Below are positions 50,695-59,208 of a stretch of DNA of 64,000 nt, one piece after another. The translations under genes and the position numbers were made by a program. The notes beneath the pieces were generated by a model. It made no database searches, was not told where the DNA came from, and saw nothing but the letters and a program-made list of their open reading frames with translations. This DNA is from Xanthobacteraceae bacterium (GTDB taxonomy: Bacteria > Pseudomonadota > Alphaproteobacteria > Rhizobiales > Xanthobacteraceae), in contig DATIPA010000119.1 in NCBI GenBank assembly GCA_035472475.1, forward strand, positions 330-64,329, written 5' to 3'. Every line of letters starts with the position of its first letter. Within the stretch, counting starts at the first letter, position 1.

Positions 50695-51285
50695 ATGGAT
50701 CCGACTCCCAATCTCAAAATCGTCATTGTCGACGAAAATCCGATCCGGGCCGCGATTCTGGAAGACGGGCTGCGCGAGGCCGGTTTCGTGCAAGTGATGC
50801 GACTCGATGAAACCGCCAACCTGCTTGCCCGCATTTACGCAATCGATCCCGACGTCATCCTGATTGATCTCGAAAATCCCAGTCGCGACGTGCTCGAGCA
50901 GATGTTCCAGGTCAGCCGGATCGTGAAGCGCCCGATCGCGATGTTTGTCGATCAGAGCGACACCGCCTCGATCCAGGCCTCGGTCGACGCCGGCGTATCC
51001 GCTTACATCGTCGATGGGCTCAAGAAGGAGCGCATGAAGCACATCCTCGATCTGTGCATCTCGCGCTTCAATGCGTTCTCGCGCCTGCAGGATGAGTTGG
51101 AGCGCGCGAAGAGTGCGCTCGAAGAACGCAAGGTGATCGATCGTGCCAGGGGCATCTTGATGAAAGCCAAGAATCTGACCGAAGAACAGGCCTACGCGTT
51201 GATGCGCAAAACGGCGATGAACGAAAACAAGCGGATCGCGGAGATCGCCCAGTCCATCATTACCGCCGCGGATTTACTGCGATGA
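50695..51285 (+). CDS. nasT: ANTAR-domain response regulator (nitrate/nitrite antiterminator NasT)
   Basis: 196-aa ORF with a REC domain (KIVIVDENPIRAAIL) and a C-terminal ANTAR domain (VIDRARGILMKAKNLTEEQAYALMRKTAMNENKRI). Confidence 0.85.
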   Translation: MDPTPNLKIVIVDENPIRAAILEDGLREAGFVQVMRLDETANLLARIYAIDPDVILIDLENPSRDVLEQMFQVSRIVKRPIAMFVDQSDTASIQASVDAGVSAYIVDGLKKERMKHILDLCISRFNAFSRLQDELERAKSALEERKVIDRARGILMKAKNLTEEQAYALMRKTAMNENKRIAEIAQSIITAADLLR

Positions 51286-52421
51286 GCGCTGAACTCCTGC
51301 GCATCGGCTTCATTCCCCTGTGCGATGCCGCCGCGCTGCTGATCGCCGTCGACAAAGGTTTTTGCCGCGAGGCCGGACTCAATGTCGAACTTGTCCGCGA
51401 AGTCTCATGGTCGAACGTGCGCGACAAGCTCAACATCGGCCTGTTCGACGCCGCGCACCTGCTGGCCCCGGTCGCGATCGCCTCGAGCCTGGGGCTCGGG
51501 CACGTCAAGGTTCCGATCATCGGGCCGTTCAATCTTGGCATCAACGGCAACGCCATCACGGTCTCACCCGACCTGCACGCGGCGCTGAAAGCTGCCGCCG
51601 AAGGCGACATCGCCGACCCGATGGTGTCGGCGCGCGCTCTCGCCCGTGTGGTCGCCGAGCGCAAGCGCAAGGTCCGGGAGCCGGTGACCTTCGGAATGAC
51701 CTTCCCGTTCTCGACCCACAATTATCATCTGCGATTCTGGATGGCGGCGGGCGGCGTTGATCCGGACGAGGACGTTCGCCTGGTCGTTCTGCCTCCGCCC
51801 TACATGGTCGAGAGCCTCGCCAACAAGCACGTCGAGGGATTCTGCGTCGGCGCACCCTGGAACTCGGTCGCGGTCGATCTCGGCATCGGGTTCATCCTGC
51901 ACTTCGTATCCGACATCCTGGCGAGCGCGGCCGAAAAAGTCCTGGCCGTGCGCAACACATGGGCGCAGGAGCACCCTGATACGCTTGCCGCACTCGTGCG
52001 TGCCCACGGCCGCGCCGCCGACTACATCGAGGACGCCGTCAATCGCGACGAGGTGTGCGCTTTGCTGGCGAGGCCGCACCGCATCGGCGTTGCGCCTGAG
52101 GTCGTTCGGCGCTCGCTTGACGGACGGCTGAAGGTTTCGCCGGACGGGACTGTCCGGGCGAGCGAACGCTACCTGCGCATCGGCCGCGCCCGCGCGGCGC
52201 GACCTGACCCGGTGCACGCCGCCTGGCTCTACGGCCAGATGGTCCGCTGGCGGCAAGCCGAGTTCTCGCCTGAACGGCTGGCGGCGGCGCAAGCCGTGTT
52301 CCGGCCCGACCTCTACGACGCCATCCTCGGGCGCGCCGCAGCATCGTCGGCAGACGAGCCTCCCGACCACGTCGGGGCGTTTGCAGGACCACCGTTCGAT
52401 CCGACAAAAATCGCGCCTTAG
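51282..52421 (+). CDS. nasS: NrtA/CmpA-like nitrate/nitrite-sensing protein NasS
   Basis: 379-aa ORF with an ATGA overlap with nasT. NrtA-like periplasmic-binding fold without a signal peptide (LRIGFIPLCDAAALLIAVDKGF). Confidence 0.8.
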   Translation: MSAELLRIGFIPLCDAAALLIAVDKGFCREAGLNVELVREVSWSNVRDKLNIGLFDAAHLLAPVAIASSLGLGHVKVPIIGPFNLGINGNAITVSPDLHAALKAAAEGDIADPMVSARALARVVAERKRKVREPVTFGMTFPFSTHNYHLRFWMAAGGVDPDEDVRLVVLPPPYMVESLANKHVEGFCVGAPWNSVAVDLGIGFILHFVSDILASAAEKVLAVRNTWAQEHPDTLAALVRAHGRAADYIEDAVNRDEVCALLARPHRIGVAPEVVRRSLDGRLKVSPDGTVRASERYLRIGRARAARPDPVHAAWLYGQMVRWRQAEFSPERLAAAQAVFRPDLYDAILGRAAASSADEPPDHVGAFAGPPFDPTKIAP

Positions 52422-52495
52422 AAGCACTGGTACGCACGCTTTTTTTCGAGCTCGATTTGGCGCGCTGATTAGCATGTAAGCGGCACTGCCTATTT

Positions 52496-52510
52496 TTGTG
52501 CATCGCACAA
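52496..52510. promoter_or_regulatory. Perfect palindrome TTGTGC-ATC-GCACAA (candidate enhancer-binding-protein/NtrC-type site)
   Basis: 15-bp perfect dyad in an AT-rich stretch about 120 nt upstream of the sigma-54-like element at 52626. Confidence 0.35.
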
Positions 52511-52625
52511 TAATTCCGCAAATAACTTGCCGAATTGCATCGCCGATAAGCAAAATTCCAATTGGATAGATTTTAATCACTGTGACAACCAGCTGATTTG
52601 ACAAGCTTTTCCGGAAATCGCCGAT

Positions 52626-52640
52626 TGGCATGCTGCTTGT
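52626..52640 (+). promoter_or_regulatory. Sigma-54-like -24/-12 element (imperfect)
   Basis: TGGCAT-GCTGC-TTGT versus consensus TGGCAC-N5-TTGC. Spacing is correct and there are two mismatches, including the -12 C. Confidence 0.35.
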
Positions 52641-52678
52641 AAAGGACCTGGCAAGAGGTCCACCGACGGGCCGGCCCG

Positions 52679-52735
52679 GCAACGCCGCTTATCGAGGGCA
52701 CGCGCAAGCGGCCATCGGTTGCGGTTTTTTGTTTT
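52679..52735 (+). terminator. Leader intrinsic terminator upstream of the globin/nas operon (probable NasT antitermination target)
   Basis: GCAAC-GCCGCUU...AAGCGGC-(CAUCG)-GUUGC followed by GG-UUUUUUGUUUU (T-tract 52725-52735). It lies 150 nt upstream of the globin ATG and directly downstream of nasST. Confidence 0.55.
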
Positions 52736-52888
52736 CTGGCGGCAGCGAACGCAAAGGATGACCAGGTCAATGACGACAAAGGCACAGGGGACCAAGCGAA
52801 CAGTGCAGATGAGCCTACCTCAAGTGCCGTCAGCGCGTGCTCGAGCGCCTCTACGAGCACCACCGCTACGTGAAAGCGGCGTGACGCG

Positions 52889-53311
52889 ATGACACCGGAT
52901 CAGGTCAAATCGGTACAGGCGAGCTTCGCCAAGGTGGCGCCCATCGCCGAAGCGGCGGCCGGCATTTTCTACGGCCGGCTGTTCGAGATCGCGCCCGAGG
53001 TCGAGCCGCTGTTTCGCGGCGACATGACCGAGCAGGGGCGCAAGCTGATGAAGACCCTGGCCGTGGTGGTCAACGGACTCGGCAATCTCGGCTCCATTCT
53101 TCCGGCCGCGAGCGCGCTCGCTAAGAACCACGTCGCCTACGGGGTCAAGGCATCGCACTACGCGTCGGTCGGCGCGGCGCTGTTATGGACGCTCGAGCGC
53201 GGGCTCGGCCCGGATTGGACGCCGGAAGTCCAGAACGCCTGGAGCGCAGCCTATGCGACGCTCTCGAATTTCATGATCGGCGAGGCCTACGGAGCGGCCG
53301 CGGCCGAATGA
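52889..53311 (+). CDS. Single-domain bacterial haemoglobin (Vgb/Bjgb-like)
   Basis: 140-aa ORF that aligns by eye with Vitreoscilla Hb: FY (Tyr-B10), EQGRKL (Gln-E7), AKNH (His-F8). Confidence 0.85.
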   Translation: MTPDQVKSVQASFAKVAPIAEAAAGIFYGRLFEIAPEVEPLFRGDMTEQGRKLMKTLAVVVNGLGNLGSILPAASALAKNHVAYGVKASHYASVGAALLWTLERGLGPDWTPEVQNAWSAAYATLSNFMIGEAYGAAAAE

Positions 53312-53375
53312 ACACCGCGCCCCGGGCGCGCGAGGTCGCAGCGCCGGCGGCCCATAAAGTTCGGAAGAGACTGTC

Positions 53376-54695
53376 ATGAGTGAACCCCTGGTCATCGTCG
53401 GCAATGGCATGGCGGCGGCGCGCTTTTGCGAAGAGCTTATCGAGCGTGCCTGCGGCCGTTACGCCATCGCGGTGATCGGCGAGGAGCCGCGGCTCGCCTA
53501 TAACCGCGTGCTTTTGTCCTCGCTGCTGGCCGACGAAGTCTCCGCCGCCGATGTCGAGCTCAGGCCGGCACGCTGGTGGCGTGATCGCGGCGTGACCGTG
53601 CTCTACGGACGACCGGCGACCGCAATCGATCCCGCGATCCGGCGCGTGCGCCTCGCCAACGGGGCCAGCATTCCCTACTCCAAGCTCGTCATCGCTACCG
53701 GCTCGCGACCGATCCGCCTCACCGCGCCCGGAATGGATCTGCGTGGCGTCAGGGTGTTTCGCGACTTCGCCGACGTCGCCCATTTGCGACGCGCCGCGAA
53801 AGGCGCGCGCGCCGTCGTCATCGGGGGCGGACTGCTGGGGCTCGAGGCCGCGTACGGTCTCGCAAAAGGCGGCGCCAAGGTCACGCTGGTTCACCTCATG
53901 GACCGCTTGATGGAGCGTCAGCTCGACGCTCGCAGCGCGGACATGCTTGGGCGCGAGGTCGAGGCGCGTGGCGTCGAAGTTCTGCTCGGTGCCGAAACCA
54001 CCAAGGTCGAAGGCATCCGTCGCGTCGAGGGCGTACGGCTTGCCGATGGTCGCGTCATCGAAGCCGATCTGCTCGTGGTCGCCGTCGGCGTGCGCCCCAA
54101 CACCGACCTGGCGCGTGCGGCCGGAATCGCTGTCGATCGCGGCATTATTGTCGACGACGGCCTGCAGACCAGCGTCGCGGACATTCATGCGATCGGAGAA
54201 TGCGCCGAACATCGCGGCCAGTGCTACGGCCTGGTCGAGCCGGCGCACGAGCAGGCGCGGGTCCTGGCGCGGCGCCTCGCGGGTGTCGGTGCGCATTATC
54301 GGGGCAGCGTGCTCGCCACCAATCTCAAGGTCTCGGGCGTCCGGGTGTTCTCGGCCGGCGATTTCCTCGGCGCCACCGGTACCGAAGCGATCGTGCTCTC
54401 GGACCCGGGGCTCAAGACCTACAAGAAGCTCGTCATCGCAAACGACCGCCTGGTCGGCGCGGTGCTGTTCGGCGACACCACCGATGGCCCCGGGTATTTC
54501 GATCTGATCCGCTCAGGAGCAAGCATCGACGCGGTCCGCAACGAACTCGTCTTCGGTCGGACGTTCGCCGGCCTGCCCGCCGGTTGCCCACAAAATGAGC
54601 ACGATGAGAAGTTGGGCAATGAGCCGCCCGAAAGGGCAGCATCTCTGACCTACGCGGTATCCAATTCATCCGGACCGCAAACCATAACCCCTTGA
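53376..54695 (+). CDS. FAD-dependent NAD(P)H oxidoreductase (NirB N-terminal-like; Flp-type electron donor)
   Basis: 439-aa ORF with two Rossmann motifs (VIVGNGMAAARF, VVIGGGLLGLEAA). Located between the globin and nitrite-handling genes. Confidence 0.8.
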   Translation: MSEPLVIVGNGMAAARFCEELIERACGRYAIAVIGEEPRLAYNRVLLSSLLADEVSAADVELRPARWWRDRGVTVLYGRPATAIDPAIRRVRLANGASIPYSKLVIATGSRPIRLTAPGMDLRGVRVFRDFADVAHLRRAAKGARAVVIGGGLLGLEAAYGLAKGGAKVTLVHLMDRLMERQLDARSADMLGREVEARGVEVLLGAETTKVEGIRRVEGVRLADGRVIEADLLVVAVGVRPNTDLARAAGIAVDRGIIVDDGLQTSVADIHAIGECAEHRGQCYGLVEPAHEQARVLARRLAGVGAHYRGSVLATNLKVSGVRVFSAGDFLGATGTEAIVLSDPGLKTYKKLVIANDRLVGAVLFGDTTDGPGYFDLIRSGASIDAVRNELVFGRTFAGLPAGCPQNEHDEKLGNEPPERAASLTYAVSNSSGPQTITP

Positions 54696-54725
54696 GACGT
54701 CAAGAGATTGCCTGATGAGGCCAGA

Positions 54726-54741
54726 TGGCACCCGAATTGCA
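54726..54741 (+). promoter_or_regulatory. Sigma-54 (RpoN) promoter, exact consensus
   Basis: TGGCAC-CCGAA-TTGCA matches TGGCAC-N5-TTGCW exactly, about 210 nt upstream of the FNT gene ATG. Confidence 0.6.
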
Positions 54742-54951
54742 AAAACGAATTTGCGGACGCCATCGACGCCGATTGGCAACGTTCCCAACGCCGGGATTCG
54801 AACCAGCACCGAAGCTGAATCCGACCTCGTCGATGCGAGGGCGGCCTTCTTTCGCTTGGCCCGGCGCCTTGTCGCCGGTGCTGCGGTTCAACACCACGCC
54901 GGCTGGCTCACCTTTGGCCGACCCGGCGACACGAATTCGAGGGATATCCCG

Positions 54952-55779
54952 ATGGATTACGCCAAGCCGGCCGAAGTCGTTGCATCGATGCTCGAGAGTG
55001 CCAACAACAAGTTGCGGCTCTCGCCGCGCGACCTGCTGATCCGCGGCATACTGTCCGGCGCCATTCTTGGCGTCGCGACCAGCCTCGCGTTCAACGCCGC
55101 GCTCTCGACCGGGCAGCCGCTCGTCGGCGCCATCATTTTCCCGGTCGGTCTCGTCATCATCGTGCTGCTCGGGCTCGAACTGGTGACCGGCAGCTTCGGC
55201 CTCTTGCCGCTCGTTTGGATGAATCGCGAGGCGAGTGCCGGGCAGGTGATCGTCAACTGGAGCTGGGTTTTTCTCGGCAACCTGATCGGCAGCGTCGCCT
55301 ACGGTGCCCTGCTCGCGATTGCACTCACCAACATGGGAACGAGTGAGCCCACCGGAGTTGCGGCGCGAATCATCGCCGCGGCCGAAGCCAAGACCATCGG
55401 CTACGCGGCGCTCGGCACCGCCGGGATGGTGACGGCTTTCGTCAAGGCGATGCTGTGCAACTGGCTGGTCTGCCTCGGCGTCGTGCTCGGCATGACCAGC
55501 AAGTCCACCATCGGCAAGATTGCCGCCACCTGGATGCCGATCTTCGTGTTCTTCGCCCAGGGCTTCGAGCATGCGGTGGTCAACATGTTCATCATTCCGA
55601 CCGGCATGCTGCTCGGCGCCAAGGTGACGTTCGCCGACTGGTGGCTGTGGAATCAGATCCCGGTGACCCTGGGCAACCTGGTCGGCGGCTTCGTGTTCAC
55701 GGGGCTCGCGCTCTACCTCACCTACGGGCCTAAGCGGGCAGCCGCGCCGATCGCGGCCGCGCAAGTGCCGGCGGAATGA
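54952..55779 (+). CDS. Formate/nitrite transporter family channel (NirC-like)
   Basis: 275 aa from ATG 54952 (MDYAKPAEV...). FNT motifs LELVTGSF and FAQGFEHAVVNMF. The upstream part of ORF 54715.. looks non-coding. Confidence 0.85.
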   Translation: MDYAKPAEVVASMLESANNKLRLSPRDLLIRGILSGAILGVATSLAFNAALSTGQPLVGAIIFPVGLVIIVLLGLELVTGSFGLLPLVWMNREASAGQVIVNWSWVFLGNLIGSVAYGALLAIALTNMGTSEPTGVAARIIAAAEAKTIGYAALGTAGMVTAFVKAMLCNWLVCLGVVLGMTSKSTIGKIAATWMPIFVFFAQGFEHAVVNMFIIPTGMLLGAKVTFADWWLWNQIPVTLGNLVGGFVFTGLALYLTYGPKRAAAPIAAAQVPAE

Positions 55780-55801
55780 CGCGCGCGCGCATGCAAACAG
55801 C

Positions 55802-57592
55802 ATGAACGCACTTACCACCATGAGCGGCGATTTCACCCCGGAGCAGAAGCGCTACCTCGAGGGCTTTACCTCGGGTTTGCAGGCCGGACGCGCGGCCCGC
55901 GCGCTGACGCCCGGCACGGCGGGTGGACCGCCGCCCGCAGTGCCGGCCGGGCCCGATGCGGCGGCCATCAAGGCTCAGGATCGCGTCATCGCCGAGGGCA
56001 AGAAGCTTTCGGACCAGGAAAAGTTCAAGCGCGATCTCAACCCGCTCGACGGCTACGAGAAGCTCAAGGCGCAGGCCGCCGCCAACGAGGCGCCCAAGCC
56101 GGACGATAATTTCCGCTGGCGTTTCTTCGGGCTGTTCTACTGCGCGCCGACGCAGACGACCTACATGTGCCGGCTGCGCATCCCCAACGGCGTGCTCAAG
56201 CATTGGCAGTTCGCGGGCATCGCCGATCTCGCAGAGAGCTACGCCGGCGGCTATGCGCATGTCACCACGCGCGCCAACCTGCAGATGCGCGAGGTCGAAC
56301 CGAAGAACGCGGTCGCCATGGTGGAGGCGATCCAGGATCTCGGTCTCTGTTCGCGCGGGTCCGGTGCCGATAACATCCGCAACGTCACCGGCACGCCCAC
56401 CGCCGGCATCGATCCGCAGGAACTGCTCGACACCCGCCCCTACGCGCGCGAGTGGCACTTCCATATTCTCAACGATCGCTCGCTCTACGGCATTCCGCGC
56501 AAGTTCAACGTCGGCTTCGACGGCGCCGGCGTCATCCCGGTGCTGGAGGATACCAACGACATCGGCTTTCAGGCGGTCGAAGTTGCGGATGGCTCCGTGA
56601 TCGAGCCCGGCGTCTGGTTTCGCGTCATGCTCGGCGGCATCACCGGCCACCACGATTTCGCGCGCGAGACCGGCGTGGTCGTGCGGCCCGCGGAAGCGAC
56701 CGCGATCGCGGACGCGGTGGTGCGCGTGTTCATCGATCATGGCAACCGCACCGACCGCACCAAGGCGCGGCTCAAATACGTGCTCGACGGTATGGGGACC
56801 GAGAAATTCCTCACGCTGGTCGAGGAAAAGCTCGGCCGCCAGCTCGTGCGTGTCTCCCCGGCGGCGCTCAAGCGGCCGTCGCAGGATCGGGCGGCCCATG
56901 TCGGGGTGCATGCGCAGAAGCAACCGGGCCTCAACTGGATCGGCGTCGTGCTGCCGGTCGGCAGGCTCACCGGTCCGCAGCTGCGCGGGCTCGCCAAGAT
57001 CGCAGCTGATCTCGGTGACGGCGATATCCGCCTCACGGTCTGGCAGAACCTGCTGATCTCTGGGATACCCGACGACAAGGTGGCGCTCGCCGAAGCCGCG
57101 GTCGCGGCGGTCGGGCTCTCCACCAAGGCAACCTCGATCCGCGCCGGGCTTGTCGCCTGCACCGGCAACATCGGCTGCAAGTTCGCGGCGTCCGACACCA
57201 AGCGTCACGCCGAGGATATCGCCCGCTGGTGCGAGACGCGCGTCGAGCTCGACGGGCCGATCAACATTCATCTGACCGGATGTCATCACTCGTGCGCCCA
57301 GCACTATATCGGCGACGTCGGCCTGCTCGCCTGCAAGGTGCAGACCTCGGACGATGGCGACACCGTCGAGGGCTATCACGTGCTGGTTGGCGGCGGCTTC
57401 GGGGCCGAGGCCGCGCTTGCGCGCGACGTCTATCGCGACGTGAAGGCGGAGGATGCGCCGCGTGTCGTTGAGCGCATTCTCAAGGCCTATCTCGCACACC
57501 GCGCCGCCCCTGATGAAGCATTTCTGGCGTTCACGCGCCGGCACGACGTCGAGGCGCTCAAGACTTTGTTCGACGCGGAGACGATTGAATGA
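55802..57592 (+). CDS. nirA: Ferredoxin-type sirohaem nitrite/sulfite reductase (NirA/CysI family)
   Basis: 596-aa ORF with two nitrite/sulfite reductase half-domains and a Cys cluster (CTGNIGCKFA...LTGCHHSC). Sits in a nas gene context. Confidence 0.8.
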   Translation: MNALTTMSGDFTPEQKRYLEGFTSGLQAGRAARALTPGTAGGPPPAVPAGPDAAAIKAQDRVIAEGKKLSDQEKFKRDLNPLDGYEKLKAQAAANEAPKPDDNFRWRFFGLFYCAPTQTTYMCRLRIPNGVLKHWQFAGIADLAESYAGGYAHVTTRANLQMREVEPKNAVAMVEAIQDLGLCSRGSGADNIRNVTGTPTAGIDPQELLDTRPYAREWHFHILNDRSLYGIPRKFNVGFDGAGVIPVLEDTNDIGFQAVEVADGSVIEPGVWFRVMLGGITGHHDFARETGVVVRPAEATAIADAVVRVFIDHGNRTDRTKARLKYVLDGMGTEKFLTLVEEKLGRQLVRVSPAALKRPSQDRAAHVGVHAQKQPGLNWIGVVLPVGRLTGPQLRGLAKIAADLGDGDIRLTVWQNLLISGIPDDKVALAEAAVAAVGLSTKATSIRAGLVACTGNIGCKFAASDTKRHAEDIARWCETRVELDGPINIHLTGCHHSCAQHYIGDVGLLACKVQTSDDGDTVEGYHVLVGGGFGAEAALARDVYRDVKAEDAPRVVERILKAYLAHRAAPDEAFLAFTRRHDVEALKTLFDAETIE

Positions 57593-59208
57593 CTCAGGCT
57601 GTCGTACCCCCACGCGTCGAATTGATTGGATCCAACGCGCCGTTTTCCCCCGAGCAGCGCGACTGGCTCAATGGTTTCTTCGCCGGCTTGATCTCGCTCG
57701 ACGGCGCCGGCATCACGGCACTCTCAGCCGAAGCGTCGGCCGCGCTGATGCCAGGTGCAACGGGCGCACCGGTCGGCGATGACGACGACGGCGAAGCTCC
57801 CTGGCACGACCAGTCGCTCGAACTTCCGGACCGCATGAAGCTCGCCGAGGGCCGTCCATTGCGCCGCCGCATGATGGCGGCGATGGCGCAGCAGGACTGC
57901 GGCCAGTGCGGCTACAACTGCAACGACTATTCGGAAGCGCTGTTCGCCAAGAAAGAAGAGCGGCTGAACCTGTGCGTGCCGGGTGGCAAAGACACCAACC
58001 GCATGCTCAAGAAACTCTATGAGGAGATGGACGCCAAGCCTGCGGCGCCCGCCATTATTACCCCTGCCGACGAAAAGCCGGCTCCCTCGGCACCAGCCGG
58101 CATCACGCGCGATACGCCGGCGATGGCGTGTTTTCGCTCGCGCACGCGACTCAACAAGAAGGGCTCCGAGAAGGAGACCTGGCACATCGAGTTCGACCTG
58201 ACCGGCAGCGGGATCGACTATGTGGTCGGCGACTCGTTCGGCCTCTATCCGACCAACGATCCGGCGGTGGTCGACGCCGTCATCCGCGCGGTCGGCGCGC
58301 CGCCGGATTTTCCGATCGGCGGCCGCGCGTTGCGCGACGTGTTGATCGACAGCGTATCGCTCGCGCCCGCACCCGACATGCTGTTTCAGCTCATCTCCTA
58401 CATCACCGGCGGCGAGCGCCGTCAGAAGGCGCGCGCGCTGGCGGAGGGCGAAAACCCCGACGGCGACGCCGAGACCCTCGACGTGCTGGCCGCGCTGGAG
58501 AAATTTGCCGGCGTGCGTGCGGATCCGGAAGCGTTCATAGAGGCGCTCGAGCCCCTGCAGCCGCGGCTTTATTCGATTGCCTGCTCGCCCAAAAGCAACC
58601 CGAACGCGGTCGCACTCACGGTCGACGCCGTGCGCTACGCCATCAACGGCCGCCGCCGCCTCGGTGTCGCCTCGACGTTCCTGGCGGAACGCGTTGCGCC
58701 CGGCGATCAGATCAAGGCCTACGTTCAGAAGGCGCACGCGTTCGGGCTGCCGAACGATCCCGCGAGCCCGATCATCATGATCGGTCCGGGGACCGGCGTG
58801 GCGCCATTCCGCGCGTTCCTGCATGAGCGCATGGCCACCAAGGCGCCCGGCCGCAACTGGCTGTTCTTCGGCCACCAGCGACGCGACTGCGACTTCTTCT
58901 ATGAAGACGAATTCACCGGCATGAAGGCGGCCGGCGTGCTGACGCGCTTATCGCTCGCCTGGTCGCGCGACGGGCAGGAAAAATTCTACGTGCAGGACCG
59001 CATGCGCGAGGTCGGGCGCGAGCTGTGGGCGTGGCTCGCCGACGGCGCGCACCTCTACGTGTGCGGTGACGGCAAGCGCATGGCCAAGGACGTCGAGCGC
59101 GCGTTGGTCGACATCACCGCCCAGTTTGGCGCGCGCACGACCGATGAGGCGATCGCGTTCGTGGCCGACCTCAAGCGCAAGGGCCGCTACCAGCAGGACG
59201 TCTACTGA
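57589..59208 (+). CDS. Sulfite-reductase-flavoprotein-alpha-like FAD/NADPH reductase (CysJ-like, no obvious flavodoxin domain, Cys-rich N-terminal region)
   Basis: 539-aa ORF with an ATGA overlap with nirA. FNR-like C-terminus (RLYSIACSP, GPGTGVAPFRAF, ...QQDVY). N-terminal CGQCGYNC...C motif. Confidence 0.8.
   Translation: MTQAVVPPRVELIGSNAPFSPEQRDWLNGFFAGLISLDGAGITALSAEASAALMPGATGAPVGDDDDGEAPWHDQSLELPDRMKLAEGRPLRRRMMAAMAQQDCGQCGYNCNDYSEALFAKKEERLNLCVPGGKDTNRMLKKLYEEMDAKPAAPAIITPADEKPAPSAPAGITRDTPAMACFRSRTRLNKKGSEKETWHIEFDLTGSGIDYVVGDSFGLYPTNDPAVVDAVIRAVGAPPDFPIGGRALRDVLIDSVSLAPAPDMLFQLISYITGGERRQKARALAEGENPDGDAETLDVLAALEKFAGVRADPEAFIEALEPLQPRLYSIACSPKSNPNAVALTVDAVRYAINGRRRLGVASTFLAERVAPGDQIKAYVQKAHAFGLPNDPASPIIMIGPGTGVAPFRAFLHERMATKAPGRNWLFFGHQRRDCDFFYEDEFTGMKAAGVLTRLSLAWSRDGQEKFYVQDRMREVGRELWAWLADGAHLYVCGDGKRMAKDVERALVDITAQFGARTTDEAIAFVADLKRKGRYQQDVY

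Noticed and set aside
52673-52700. A second ANTAR-type hexaloop hairpin to complete a dual-hairpin NasT target
   Set aside because: The candidates (CGG-AACGCC-GCU, or AUCGAG flanked by only wobble pairs) have 3 bp of stem or less. I could not support a canonical tandem motif, so only one hairpin is reported.
52758-52892. 44-codon upstream ORF overlapping the globin start (ATGA)
   Set aside because: The AAGGA abuts the ATG with essentially no spacer. The peptide is Arg/Ala/Pro-rich like random high-GC translation. There is no support beyond being open.
55730-57613. 627-aa minus-strand ORF
   Set aside because: It is antisense to the well-supported nirA gene and has low-complexity Arg/Gly/Ala composition.
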